Below, piece after piece: positions 30,890-42,575 of a stretch of 64,000 nucleotides of DNA (the first letter of the stretch is position 1; every line of letters begins with the position of its first letter). A program made the position numbers and the translations under genes. The notes below the pieces were generated by a model. That model was not told the DNA's origin. It was given only the letters and a program-made list of their open reading frames with translations, and did not search any database. The DNA comes from an uncultured Candidatus Actinomarina sp. GTDB taxonomy: Bacteria > Actinomycetota > Acidimicrobiia > Actinomarinales > Actinomarinaceae. The stretch lies in the NCBI GenBank assembly GCA_902578135.1, contig CACHBU010000005.1, positions 827-64,826 of the forward strand, given 5' to 3'.

Positions 30890-31316
30890 TTATATAATCC
30901 AATGCTTGAAAATATCCTTCTATACCCTCACCTATAATCGAAATTTCACAAAATTCTTTGATTAGATTAAATTTTCTGTAATTTTCTCGTTCTTCAATGT
31001 TTGATATATGAACTTCAATAATTTTATTTTGAGCACTTAGTGTATTTAAAGCGTCCCTCAAAGCGATACTTGTATGGGTAAAAGCACCTGGATTGATCAC
31101 TACCCAAGAATCAAATGAATGATGAATCGATTGAATAAAGTTAACTAATTCCCCCTCAATATTTGATTGAAAATGTTCAATCTCCATATCTAATGCTTTT
31201 GCTTTGTTACCAAGTAACTTTAAAAGAGTTGTGTAATCAGTTTCACCATATTTCTCCAACTCTCTAATTCCTAGGAAATTTAAATTTGGACCATTAATAA
31301 TATATATTTTTTTAAT
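30879..31316 (-). CDS. aroQ: Type II 3-dehydroquinate dehydratase (ATT start)
   Basis: INGPNLNFLG.RE lies upstream of the tracked start; QSN.EG, NPGAFTHTS, EVHISN. Confidence 0.93.
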   Translation of the reverse strand: MKKIYIINGPNLNFLGIRELEKYGETDYTTLLKLLGNKAKALDMEIEHFQSNIEGELVNFIQSIHHSFDSWVVINPGAFTHTSIALRDALNTLSAQNKIIEVHISNIEERENYRKFNLIKEFCEISIIGEGIEGYFQALDYINDK

Positions 31317-32304
31317 GCTGAATCACCTCAATTACTTCATTAAATGTTAGATTAATCACTTTTGGATTACCTATTTCATAGAGCAGAACTATATCGACTC
31401 CTTTTGCATTACTCTTTTTGTCATGCTTTAACATCTCAATTAATTTTTCACTATTAGATAGAAAGTTGTATTCGTAATCATATTCAATTTTATTTAAGTA
31501 GTTTAAATAAGAATCAATAATTTCCTTAGGTAGACCCAATTGCTCTTTTGAAATTAAGAGTTCATAATAAATACCTATGGCTACTGCTTGACCATGAGTA
31601 ATTTCATAATTAGAGTCTTTCTCAACTAGATGTCCCAACGTATGTCCAAAATTTAATAATTTCCTTTTATCACCCTCCAAAAAATCTTCACTGACAATTT
31701 TGAGCTTTACATCAATACCTTCTCTTATTATTTCAAATTCAACATTGAAACTCGTTTTTGTAATCATAGAATTGAATATTTTTTCATTAGCTATCATTCC
31801 ATGTTTGATTAGTTCTATAAGACCATCTTTATAATGAGCTTCAGGCAAAGTATCCAGTAATTGATAACAAACAATGACACTTTCCGGGAGAGTAAAAGTA
31901 CCAATTTGATTTTTACCATATGTATTATTAAATCCATTCTTTCCACCATGAGATGCATCAACCATTGATAAAAGCGTTGAAGGAACAAACGTAAACGATA
32001 CTCCTCTTTTAAATGTACTTGATGCAAACGCACACACATCTGATAGAACACCACCACCAATAATTACTATTTCACTTGATCGATTTAAATTGTGTTGAAA
32101 AAGTAAATCCCAAATTTTTTCTACTGACGTCAAGTTTTTTGTTTCTTCATTAATGTCAAAATAAGAAACCTGAGCATTAACTTGCTCATCAATTTTGAGG
32201 TTATTCAAATTTGAATCAATGATAAAAAGAGACTCATTTGAGAATCGTGAATTTAAATATTCTATAAGTTCTAAATTAGTTTTCAAATATATATTATTTG
32301 TCAT
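31312..32304 (-). CDS. aroB: 3-dehydroquinate synthase
   Basis: [29 protein letters not shown]. Confidence 0.95.
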   Translation of the reverse strand: MTNNIYLKTNLELIEYLNSRFSNESLFIIDSNLNNLKIDEQVNAQVSYFDINEETKNLTSVEKIWDLLFQHNLNRSSEIVIIGGGVLSDVCAFASSTFKRGVSFTFVPSTLLSMVDASHGGKNGFNNTYGKNQIGTFTLPESVIVCYQLLDTLPEAHYKDGLIELIKHGMIANEKIFNSMITKTSFNVEFEIIREGIDVKLKIVSEDFLEGDKRKLLNFGHTLGHLVEKDSNYEITHGQAVAIGIYYELLISKEQLGLPKEIIDSYLNYLNKIEYDYEYNFLSNSEKLIEMLKHDKKSNAKGVDIVLLYEIGNPKVINLTFNEVIEVIQH

Positions 32305-32792
32305 TTTTTTCCAGCCAATATATCGAGTATTGAATTAATGACATCATTTAAGTTAGAATTTTTAATTTTTATATGCAGATTTTCATATCTTGCTTTTCTA
32401 TTATTAAATAAATCTTCAACATAATCTTGTCCTAATTTTGCTAACGGTCTGTCAGAATTTTGGATTCTTGACCACAATATCTGAAATTCTTCTTCTATAT
32501 ATATACCTGTTTTGTTATCTAATATATATTTGTAAATATTGTTGTTTGTTAATGCACCTGCGCCTAATGCAACAAGGTTGGATTCAGGTTTAATAAGAAA
32601 AAACTCTTTCTCTTCCAGCTTACGAAAGTAATCTTCGCCATTTATTTCAAAAATTTCATTGATAGGACCGTGTTTTTCTGCGATTGATGCATCTAGATCT
32701 ATACATGAGAGTTGAGTACTCTCCTTTATTTTTTTGAGAATAGTAGATTTACCTACACCCATGAAGCCAGACAAATAGTAACATTTATTCAT
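32301..32792 (-). CDS. aroK: Shikimate kinase
   Basis: [18 protein letters not shown]. Confidence 0.93.
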   Translation of the reverse strand: MNKCYYLSGFMGVGKSTILKKIKESTQLSCIDLDASIAEKHGPINEIFEINGEDYFRKLEEKEFFLIKPESNLVALGAGALTNNNIYKYILDNKTGIYIEEEFQILWSRIQNSDRPLAKLGQDYVEDLFNNRKARYENLHIKIKNSNLNDVINSILDILAGKK

Positions 32793-33966
32793 TTTCATAT
32801 TTCATGTTCCAATTTTTATTTGAAAGTGAAATATCATCAATAGTAAATTCTTGAAGTTTTACAACTCGTGAATGGATTTCTTCCTTTGAGTCTCCACCAG
32901 TCTTTTCTAACAGTGAATTTAATAAATCAATTGAGAATACACTTTCAAATATTGGTACTGCTCTTGGAACTGCACAAGTATCAGATCTTTCATAATTTGT
33001 TTCTGTTTCTACTTGTTCTACAAGGTTTACACTTTTTATTGGTGTCAAAGTTGTGCTAATCGGTTTTAAATAGCTTGTAACAACAATGGGTTCGCCTGTT
33101 GTCATTCCACCTTCGAAACCGCCTAAATTATTTGTAATTCTCTCAACTTTTTTTTCATTTAAGACAATTTGATCCTGTACTTCTGTTCCAAATTTTTTGG
33201 AAGAATCAAATCCATCTCCTATTTCAACCGCCTTAACACTTTGTACTGACATCATTGACGAAGAAATAATTGCATCAAGTTTACGGTCAAAATGTACATA
33301 GCTACCACAAGCTGGTGGAAAATTTGTAGCTACGCAAGTTATTGAACCTCCTAAAGTATCTTTTTTCTTTCTTGCAGACTTTATTTCATCAATCATTAAT
33401 TTACTTGTTTCTTCATCTGGACATGAAACTTCTGAATTGTAAATGGAATCTTTCAATTCTGTATCGGTTATAAATTTTGATACATCAAGTTCTTGCTTTC
33501 CTATGGATGAAACAAAACCAATTATCGAAATATTTAACTGCTCAAGGATTTGGTGGGCTATAGCGCCAACAGCACATCTTATTGCTGTTTCACGAGCACT
33601 TGCTCTTTCCAGCGCGATCCGTATATCTTCGTGGTTATATTTTAATGTGCCAACTAGGTCAGCATGTCCTGGACGTGGTACTACAAAAGGTTCTACTTCT
33701 TTATCTTTCCAGTTATTCCAATCTCTATTGATAATTTTTAAAGCAATTGGGCCACCAGTGGTTTTGTTGTTGACTACTCCAGAAGAAATTAATACCTCAT
33801 CTTTTTCAATGTTCATCCTTCCTCCAGAACCAAGGCTCTTTTGTCTTCTGGATAAAAAACTATCAATGTATTCTTTTGTGATTATGAAATTAGATGGAAT
33901 ACCTTCTAAAATTGCAGTGAGTTCTGGTCCATGACTTTCGCCAGCAGTAAGATATCTAATTTTCAT
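32785..33966 (-). CDS. aroC: Chorismate synthase
   Basis: [28 protein letters not shown]. Confidence 0.97.
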   Translation of the reverse strand: MKIRYLTAGESHGPELTAILEGIPSNFIITKEYIDSFLSRRQKSLGSGGRMNIEKDEVLISSGVVNNKTTGGPIALKIINRDWNNWKDKEVEPFVVPRPGHADLVGTLKYNHEDIRIALERASARETAIRCAVGAIAHQILEQLNISIIGFVSSIGKQELDVSKFITDTELKDSIYNSEVSCPDEETSKLMIDEIKSARKKKDTLGGSITCVATNFPPACGSYVHFDRKLDAIISSSMMSVQSVKAVEIGDGFDSSKKFGTEVQDQIVLNEKKVERITNNLGGFEGGMTTGEPIVVTSYLKPISTTLTPIKSVNLVEQVETETNYERSDTCAVPRAVPIFESVFSIDLLNSLLEKTGGDSKEEIHSRVVKLQEFTIDDISLSNKNWNMKYENE

Positions 33967-34750
33967 TTTTTAGCCTTTCTGTAATGTTATGGTACACATC
34001 TTCTAATTTGATTTCTGAGTCTGCCCAAATGTTAAAAGAAGCAACTGCTTGAGTAATTAGCATTTTTATGCCATCGATTTTAATGACATCCTCTGAGAAT
34101 TTAGATGTAAAGATTTCTTTAACGTTATAACCCAGATTGAAAAATACTTCTAAATTGTTAAATTGATCGAATGGAATATTTAGGCTCTCCTCTTCAAAAG
34201 GTGGCATGCCTATAGGTGTTGTGTTAATTAATATATCTATTTTTGGAGCTATATCATTTATTTCATTGTATGAAATGGAATCCAAATAAGGTTCCCTAGA
34301 AGCTATTTGTACTGTATTGTGTTCCTTAAATAAATACTCAATTGTTTTTGAACTTCCACCACTACCTAAAATTAAGATATTCTTATTATTAATTTTTGTA
34401 TAAATTGACTCTAAGGTTTTATTTATTCCCTCTATGTCAGTGTTGAATGCATAGATATTATTATCGACTAACTTAATTGTATTACAAATGCCTAATTCTT
34501 TTACGTGGTGATCAGGCAAATAACCCTCTGTATTTTCAATTAATTCAATTATTTTGTTTTTATGTGGAACTGTAATATTGTAACCATCAAATTTTGAATT
34601 AATATCTTGAATTTTTTGTCTATCCAGATTTTCTATGGGAACTTTTTGATACTCAATATTTATTCCTAAAAACTCACCTAGAAGTTTATGAATTAATGGT
34701 GAATATGTTTTAGTAAGTGGCCAACCTACAATTCCAAGCTTAAGATTCAT
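33956..34750 (-). CDS. aroE: Shikimate dehydrogenase
   Basis: G.P....SP.IH, NITVPHK, NTD, GSGG, INTTP.GM. Confidence 0.92.
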   Translation of the reverse strand: MNLKLGIVGWPLTKTYSPLIHKLLGEFLGINIEYQKVPIENLDRQKIQDINSKFDGYNITVPHKNKIIELIENTEGYLPDHHVKELGICNTIKLVDNNIYAFNTDIEGINKTLESIYTKINNKNILILGSGGSSKTIEYLFKEHNTVQIASREPYLDSISYNEINDIAPKIDILINTTPIGMPPFEEESLNIPFDQFNNLEVFFNLGYNVKEIFTSKFSEDVIKIDGIKMLITQAVASFNIWADSEIKLEDVYHNITERLKNEN

Positions 34751-36011
34751 AATTCGCTCCAATTTTTTCTAAGTCGTAAAAAAAATCTGGATATGAATCA
34801 CTTATACAATCAATATTGTCTGCTTTTATCTGTGAATCTATACATATATTAGCTACGACTGCAGTCATTGCTATTCTGTGGTCTTCAAGAGTCTCAACTA
34901 CTCCACTCTGTAAATTTTGCTTACCATTTATTTCAAAACCATCTTCGAAAGTAGTAATTTCACCATCTAGTTCATTTATAAAATTTTCCATAGCTGCCAA
35001 ACGATCAGACTCCTTAACTCTTAATTCTTGAGCACCTATTACCTTTGTAACACCTTCTGCTTGAGACGCTAACAGTGTAAATATTGGAATTTCATCTACC
35101 ATATCAACCACGTCAGAGCCATCGATAGTAACACCTTGAAGTTTAGATTTTTTAACTACAATATCTCCAACTGGTTCGTTTTGAAAATTTTCTATATTTT
35201 CCAATAAAATATCAGCATTCATTCTTTTTAGAACTTTTAAAAACCCAATTCTTCTCTCATTTAATAAAACATTTTTGATTACTACTTTTTTGCTCTTCAA
35301 CAATCCTATAGCAATCAAAAATGCTGCAGATGAAGGATCTCCTGGAACTAAATAATCTATACTTGTTATTTCATTTATTGGGGCAACAGTAGAAGTATTT
35401 CCAAGTCTTACAATGTTGACACCCATTAGACTTAGCATTCTTTCTGTGTGATCTCTGGTTGGTACTATTTCAGAGATAGTAGTTGGAGCTTTATGATATA
35501 AACTAGCAAGTAGAAAACTACTTTTTACCTGTGCGCTTGGCTTAGTTGAATGAATGTTTTCAAAGGAGTAATCTGAAGGTTTAATTTTTATGGGAAGGCT
35601 ACCTCCATTACCTGAAATTCTGGCACCTTCATTGACTAAAGGATCAATTACCCTACTCATTGGTCTTTTGTTTAGTTGAGCACTACCTATTAAATCACTT
35701 TCAAATTTTTGTTTTGAAAGAAGACCTATAAGAAGTCTTGCAGTTGTGCCAGAATTAAGAGCATTAAGCGGTTCCTTTGATTCATTCAATCCATTTAAAC
35801 CAACACCATGAATTTCTAATTGATTGTTTGAAATTTCATTAATCTCAACACCTAGATTTTTAAATATATTTATTGTTGCTTTTGTATCACCAGAGATTAA
35901 TACATTAGACAATATAGATTTACCAAAAGCTAGTGAAGATAAAATTATAGCTCTATGCGAAATAGATTTGTCACCTACTATATTAACTTCGCCAAAAATT
36001 CTGCTTCTCAT
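34740..36011 (-). CDS. aroA: EPSP synthase (class II)
   Basis: GDKSISHR, NSGTT.R, SAQVKS, RDHTER, RVKESDR, DHR. Confidence 0.96.
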   Translation of the reverse strand: MRSRIFGEVNIVGDKSISHRAIILSSLAFGKSILSNVLISGDTKATINIFKNLGVEINEISNNQLEIHGVGLNGLNESKEPLNALNSGTTARLLIGLLSKQKFESDLIGSAQLNKRPMSRVIDPLVNEGARISGNGGSLPIKIKPSDYSFENIHSTKPSAQVKSSFLLASLYHKAPTTISEIVPTRDHTERMLSLMGVNIVRLGNTSTVAPINEITSIDYLVPGDPSSAAFLIAIGLLKSKKVVIKNVLLNERRIGFLKVLKRMNADILLENIENFQNEPVGDIVVKKSKLQGVTIDGSDVVDMVDEIPIFTLLASQAEGVTKVIGAQELRVKESDRLAAMENFINELDGEITTFEDGFEINGKQNLQSGVVETLEDHRIAMTAVVANICIDSQIKADNIDCISDSYPDFFYDLEKIGANYES

Positions 36012-36847
36012 TTTAATTTTCTTTCTCCAAATTTATCAGCCAATGCTCGACGCCAGTCAACTGTTTTAGATAGATAATTAAGCATTAATTCTTGATCTTC
36101 TATTAAGATAATCTTTTCTAATTCTTCGATTAACTCCTTAACTAAAGTTTTAACATTCAAGTCGTTTGTTAAATACATGTCAGATATCATATTCGGAGAA
36201 GTTCTTGATAGCCTTGTTGCTCCGTCAAAACCTCCCGAAGCTAAATCTAGCAATTCATCCATCTCGTGTTTTTGCATAGCTGTAGAAACAAGAGCAGAGC
36301 TTAATATATGTGGCAAGTGACTTGTTAAGGAAATTAATTCATCGTGTTTTTTAGGATCTATCCAAATTGGTTTCGAATTTATTAGTTCTACAAAATTAGT
36401 CACTATATTCTTTGTTTCATTTGTTGAACTTTCTGTTTCACATAATAAAAAAGGAGCTTGATTGTACATTTCTGGAGTTGGGTCCCAAGTTTGGTTATCA
36501 GCAATTCCACATAGTGGATGACCACCAAAGGAAGGAATTTTACTCTCGTCCATATATCTACAAATAATTTTTTTCGTTCCACCAAGATCAATTAAAACTT
36601 TCGAATTAATTTCAATCTTAGAATCTCTCAAACTTGAGATAATTTCATTTATAGGCATTGCAAGTACTGTTAAATCGTACTCTGTATCAAGATTATGATT
36701 CAAATTTATTGCATCATACTTTTTAGCTCTGTCTAGATTGCTTTTCGAAGTATCATCCCCACTAACCTGTAATCCTTTTTCAACAAGCTTAATACCAAGG
36801 TTGGTACCCATTAAACCCATGCCAATTATATGAACTTTATTAATCAT
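36008..36847 (-). CDS. tyrA: Prephenate dehydrogenase
   Basis: G.GLMG, D.G.TK, GGHP..G, HD......SHLPH. Confidence 0.93.
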   Translation of the reverse strand: MINKVHIIGMGLMGTNLGIKLVEKGLQVSGDDTSKSNLDRAKKYDAINLNHNLDTEYDLTVLAMPINEIISSLRDSKIEINSKVLIDLGGTKKIICRYMDESKIPSFGGHPLCGIADNQTWDPTPEMYNQAPFLLCETESSTNETKNIVTNFVELINSKPIWIDPKKHDELISLTSHLPHILSSALVSTAMQKHEMDELLDLASGGFDGATRLSRTSPNMISDMYLTNDLNVKTLVKELIEELEKIILIEDQELMLNYLSKTVDWRRALADKFGERKLK

Positions 36848-37861
36848 TTAGACTGACCTTCCTACCGCCTTTGCGACAATTGATGTTTTATCTATTAAGG
36901 TTTTTAATTCATTTGGTAATAATGCTTGTGGACCATCACATAGAGCTTCATCAGGCCTTGGATGAATCTCTATCAATAAACCATCTGCTCCAGCAGCTAT
37001 AGCTGCTAAAGCTACTGGTTCAACAAGCTTATTATCGCCGGTTGCATGACTTGGATCTGCAATAATAGGAAGATGGCTGTTTTGCTTTAGATAAGGTATT
37101 GCATTTATATCAAATGTATTTCTAGTAGCTGTCTCATAGGTTCTTATACCTCGCTCGCAAAGCATGACATTTTCGTTTCCCCTAGAAAGAATATATTCAC
37201 TAGCCAACAGAAGCTCATCCAGAGTTGCAGATAGTCCTCTTTTTAAAAGAACTGGTAAGTGTGATTCACCTACTGCTTCAAGTAATTTAAAATTTTGCAT
37301 ATTTCTTGCTCCCACTTGAAGAACGTCTACATATTTTTCCATCATAGATAAATGTTGAGCATCCATTATTTCGCTAAACAAAGGTAATGAAGTTATTTCG
37401 GAGGCTTCCTTTAGCATCTTAAGTCCGTCTTCTCCCAGTCCTTGAAAACTGTAAGGTGACGTTCTGGGCTTAAAGGCACCACCCCTTAAACCATTTGAAC
37501 CTGCCTCTTTTGCAGCTAATGCAGTTTCTATTGTTTGTTCTTGTGTCTCAGCACTATCTGGACCTGCAATTATTGCTAATTGTTGACCACCAATTGATAA
37601 ATTTTTGATAACAATAACTGAATCATCTTTTTGATAATTTCTACTTGCAAGTTTATATGGTTTTCCAACAGGTATTACACGACTAACATTTGGCAGTAAC
37701 TTCATAACTGCTCTATGATCATCGTTTACCTTTCCACTTACAGCTACGACACTTCTCTCAACACCGTAGATAACTAAAGGCTCATGACCTTGCTGTATTG
37801 CTTTTTCTTTTACCTTTTCTATATCTTCTTCTGTTGAAGATTGGTTCATTACTACTATCAA
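36848..37861 (-). CDS. aroF: DAHP synthase type I-beta with N-terminal regulatory domain
   Basis: GGAFKPRTSPYSFQG, GARNMQN, LCERG, DPSH; AGGAGG before TTG. Confidence 0.95.
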   Translation of the reverse strand: MIVVMNQSSTEEDIEKVKEKAIQQGHEPLVIYGVERSVVAVSGKVNDDHRAVMKLLPNVSRVIPVGKPYKLASRNYQKDDSVIVIKNLSIGGQQLAIIAGPDSAETQEQTIETALAAKEAGSNGLRGGAFKPRTSPYSFQGLGEDGLKMLKEASEITSLPLFSEIMDAQHLSMMEKYVDVLQVGARNMQNFKLLEAVGESHLPVLLKRGLSATLDELLLASEYILSRGNENVMLCERGIRTYETATRNTFDINAIPYLKQNSHLPIIADPSHATGDNKLVEPVALAAIAAGADGLLIEIHPRPDEALCDGPQALLPNELKTLIDKTSIVAKAVGRSV

Positions 37862-37873
37862 TTTTCCTCCTAT

Positions 37874-37901
37874 AAAAAAAAATCGGGCCTTTGCCCGATT
37901 T
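37874..37901 (-). terminator. Attenuator terminator upstream of aroF
   Basis: AAAUCGGGC-aaag-GCCCGAUUU followed by a U-run. Confidence 0.9.
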
Positions 37902-37924
37902 CACACAACATACTTTAGGGCAAC

Positions 37925-37969
37925 CTATATGTGCTCTCTAAAGTAAAAGTATGTGTTGTTTAACTTCAT
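37925..37969 (-). CDS. Leader peptide MKLNNTYFYFREHI (Tyr/Phe attenuation)
   Basis: TAC TTT TAC TTT codons, alternative hairpins and terminator downstream, TGn-TATGAT 7 nt upstream. Confidence 0.85.
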   Translation of the reverse strand: MKLNNTYFYFREHI

Positions 37970-38011
37970 TAGAAATATCATAGCAGAGTATTTTGTTTTA
38001 CAAATAATTTT

Positions 38012-38356
38012 TTATCTATCTGGTCGTAGTTTCTTTGCATCCTGTAAATAAACATGTTGTATATCTTTAATATCATTGTTTACAGTAACTAATATCCTTA
38101 TACAGCCATCTAAATCGTTCTGAATTTCTGGTGCTTTTGCATCCAACGCTGGAATTGACATCATTCCTAACTCTCGAAAAGCTTTTGCAGGAAATGCAGC
38201 AGTTAAATCTTTCGTTACTGTAAACAAAGCAAAGACAATATCTTCTTCTTTTAAGCTATTTACATTCATTATTGAATTTATTAAAGATTTTGAGGCATTA
38301 ACAATGCCTTCATCCGTATTTTCTACAACTGCGATTGCTCCACGTATGCTTTTCAT
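38012..38356 (-). CDS. aroH: Chorismate mutase, AroH (Bacillus) class
   Basis: IRGA, FTVT.DL.A.FPA...R, CIR, HVYL..A..LRPD. Confidence 0.93.
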   Translation of the reverse strand: MKSIRGAIAVVENTDEGIVNASKSLINSIMNVNSLKEEDIVFALFTVTKDLTAAFPAKAFRELGMMSIPALDAKAPEIQNDLDGCIRILVTVNNDIKDIQHVYLQDAKKLRPDR

Positions 38357-38374
38357 AATATTTGTTTACTATAT

Positions 38375-38404
38375 AAAAAGAGTGGAACAATGTCCACTCT
38401 TTTT
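38375..38404. terminator. groEL intrinsic terminator
   Basis: AAAAAGAGTGGA-acaatg-TCCACTCTTTTT. Confidence 0.85.
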
Positions 38405-38426
38405 TAAAGTCTAGAATGTAACTTGA

Positions 38427-40067
<1,641 letters not shown>

Positions 40068-40361
40068 TTACTTACTTACTTTTGCAAGAATATCTCTACT
40101 TGAAAGAATAAGATATTCTGTACCTTCAATTTTAATTTCTGTGCCGCCATATTTTGAATAGACTACTTTGTCGCCTTTATCAACATCTGGTTTTACCATT
40201 TTGCCTGATTCATTCGGCTCCCCCGGGCCAACTGCTACAACTTCACCTTCTTGAGGTTTTTCCTTAGCAGTGTCAGGAATATAAATCCCTGATGGGGTTT
40301 TACTATCTTCTTCTGACAAAGGTTTTACTATAACCCTGTCTCCTAGTGGTTGAAGATTCAT
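40068..40361 (-). CDS. groES: Co-chaperonin GroES
   Basis: [28 protein letters not shown]. Confidence 0.98.
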   Translation of the reverse strand: MNLQPLGDRVIVKPLSEEDSKTPSGIYIPDTAKEKPQEGEVVAVGPGEPNESGKMVKPDVDKGDKVVYSKYGGTEIKIEGTEYLILSSRDILAKVSK

Positions 40362-40440
40362 ATATATTTACCTCCTAAATAAATATCTACATTGTGAATT
40401 TAATATAGTCTTGTTTATATATGTAAATAAATTCTTTAAA

Positions 40441-41442
40441 TTATTTAATTATTGAACTTAATCTAACATCGTTTTCTTTTAAATCATTGGTAATTAAGTC
40501 ATTTTGAGCAGCAACACATATCATCGCTGCATTATCAGTAGAAAGCCTTGGTGAAGGTAAAAATATTTCTAGATTATTATCCTTTGCTAATATATTCATT
40601 TTTTCTCTTAGTCTTGAATTTGCCATAACTCCGCCTCCACCTGATATATTTTTTACACCAGTTTCTTTTACAGCTTTTGTGAAATTTATCATAAGAGAGT
40701 CGACAATTGCCTCTTGATAAGAAGCTGCGAAATCTGCTCTAGTAATTTTGTCATCTGGGTCTATGTTTTTTAGAAAATTTGTAGCAGCAGTTTTTAAACC
40801 TGAAAATGAATAGTTATATTCATGCTTAGTTTTTGGTCTAGGTAAATTAATTTTTGACGGATTTCCACTTTCTGCAATTCGTTGAATTGCTGGACCGCCT
40901 GGAAAGCCAAAACCACAGAACCTAGAAAGCTTGTCAAAAGCTTCACCAGCAGCATCATCAATAGTTGTTCCCATTAATTTGTAATCTCCCCACTTTTCAA
41001 CAAGAACAATTTGTGTATGGCCACCAGATACTAATAAAGTTAAAAATGGAGGTTCCATATTTGGGTTTTCAATTAATGGAGCTGCTAAATGTCCTACCAT
41101 GTGATCAACCGTGTATAGAGGTTTATCAATAGACCAAGCTATTGATTTTGCAAAATTATATCCGACAACCAAACTTCCAACCAAACCAGGTCCATCAGTT
41201 GTAGCAACTGAATCAATATCAGAAATTTGTAAATTTGCACTATTTAAGGATGAATGAAAAATATTTCTAATCATTTCAGCATGCGCTCTTGATGCTACCT
41301 CGGGTACCACTCCACCAAATTTTTCGTGTATATCAACCTGCGAAGAAATTGTATTTACCAATAACTCTTCGCCTCTCATTATTGCAATTGCTGTTTCATC
41401 ACAAGACGTTTCAAAACCTAAAATAACTTTATCTTTAGACAT
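40441..41442 (-). CDS. tsaD: t6A synthesis protein TsaD
   Basis: ETSCDET, GGVVPE.ASR.H, VSGGHT, DDAAGEAFDK, TDNAAM; start reassigned. Confidence 0.96.
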   Translation of the reverse strand: MSKDKVILGFETSCDETAIAIMRGEELLVNTISSQVDIHEKFGGVVPEVASRAHAEMIRNIFHSSLNSANLQISDIDSVATTDGPGLVGSLVVGYNFAKSIAWSIDKPLYTVDHMVGHLAAPLIENPNMEPPFLTLLVSGGHTQIVLVEKWGDYKLMGTTIDDAAGEAFDKLSRFCGFGFPGGPAIQRIAESGNPSKINLPRPKTKHEYNYSFSGLKTAATNFLKNIDPDDKITRADFAASYQEAIVDSLMINFTKAVKETGVKNISGGGGVMANSRLREKMNILAKDNNLEIFLPSPRLSTDNAAMICVAAQNDLITNDLKENDVRLSSIIK

Positions 41443-41878
41443 AGGTTTTCTCCAATCGAAATAAATTAGCATCCTCATTTTTATAATATTTTTCTCTAAC
41501 TCCATAATGTTTGAATCCAAAAGATTCATACATATTTATAGCAACAGAGTTCGAAACTCTTACTTCAAGTAATATTTGTTCATATTTAGATTCTTCAAAA
41601 TAATCGATCAATTCGATTGTTAATTTCTTAGCAATGGACTGATTTCTAAATATTTCTTTTACGCCTATACCCAAAATATGTAATTCTTTAAAATTTTTTT
41701 GGATAGCCAAATAACCAACTATTTCGCTATTAATTTCATAAACCCAATAGAGGAACTCATCATTGTTTATTTTTTGCTTTATTAGCTCTTTATCCCATGC
41801 AGTACCAAATATTTCTTTTTCTAGGTCTGCCAACTGTTGAGCCATATTCGTATTGCAATAGCTTATTTTCTTAATCAT
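41435..41878 (-). CDS. rimI: RimI-type GNAT acetyltransferase
   Basis: LEVRVSN..A..MY..FGF....R..YY..EDA; between tsaB and tsaD. Confidence 0.88.
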   Translation of the reverse strand: MIKKISYCNTNMAQQLADLEKEIFGTAWDKELIKQKINNDEFLYWVYEINSEIVGYLAIQKNFKELHILGIGVKEIFRNQSIAKKLTIELIDYFEESKYEQILLEVRVSNSVAINMYESFGFKHYGVREKYYKNEDANLFRLEKTYV

Positions 41879-42575
41879 GAAAATTAATCTCACTTTCTAA
41901 GCTCTTATTTGAGAAAGAAATATCAGGTTCTCTCATGTATGAAATTCTTACTTCATTAAAATTTGGAAAATCACTATTTTTATATATTTCTTTACCGACG
42001 TTATAAATGTGTTCTGCCGAGACGTATTCTGGAGAACCAAACTTTAGATAGCTTGAGTCTCCAATAATTTTTTCATTAAGTTCATTCCAATCGCCAACTA
42101 TTAACTTCTTTTCATTATCCTCGTTCAGTTTTTGTTTTAATGTATTTTCGTTTAAGACTTCCGGTTCACTTTCTCTGACTACTCCACCCGGTACAGGTTT
42201 GTATGTACAAAATGCAAATTCATCTCTTTTAATGTCAATAATTGAACAAATTCTTCTATGACCTGTATGAGCAGCAAAAGCCAAAGCATCTAGACCATTC
42301 ACTGATATAAGTGGTATCCCTAGAGTTGCACATATTCCTTGCGAAACAGCTAGTCCAATTCTTAAACTTGTATAAAAACCTGGACCTGTATCAAGATAAA
42401 TTACATTAATATCTGACTTCTTTATATTTGATTTTAAGGTTAATTCATCAATTGAATTCATTAGTAAATTCGTATTTCCATTCTCAGCTAAAACAGAACT
42501 GCTTGAGATTAATTTATCACTAAATAAAGCTACAGAAATATATTTTCCGGAGGTAGATATTGATAGGCTATACAT
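41871..42575 (-). CDS. tsaB: t6A synthesis protein TsaB
   Basis: GPG.YTSLRIG; synteny. Confidence 0.9.
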   Translation of the reverse strand: MYSLSISTSGKYISVALFSDKLISSSSVLAENGNTNLLMNSIDELTLKSNIKKSDINVIYLDTGPGFYTSLRIGLAVSQGICATLGIPLISVNGLDALAFAAHTGHRRICSIIDIKRDEFAFCTYKPVPGGVVRESEPEVLNENTLKQKLNEDNEKKLIVGDWNELNEKIIGDSSYLKFGSPEYVSAEHIYNVGKEIYKNSDFPNFNEVRISYMREPDISFSNKSLESEINFHD

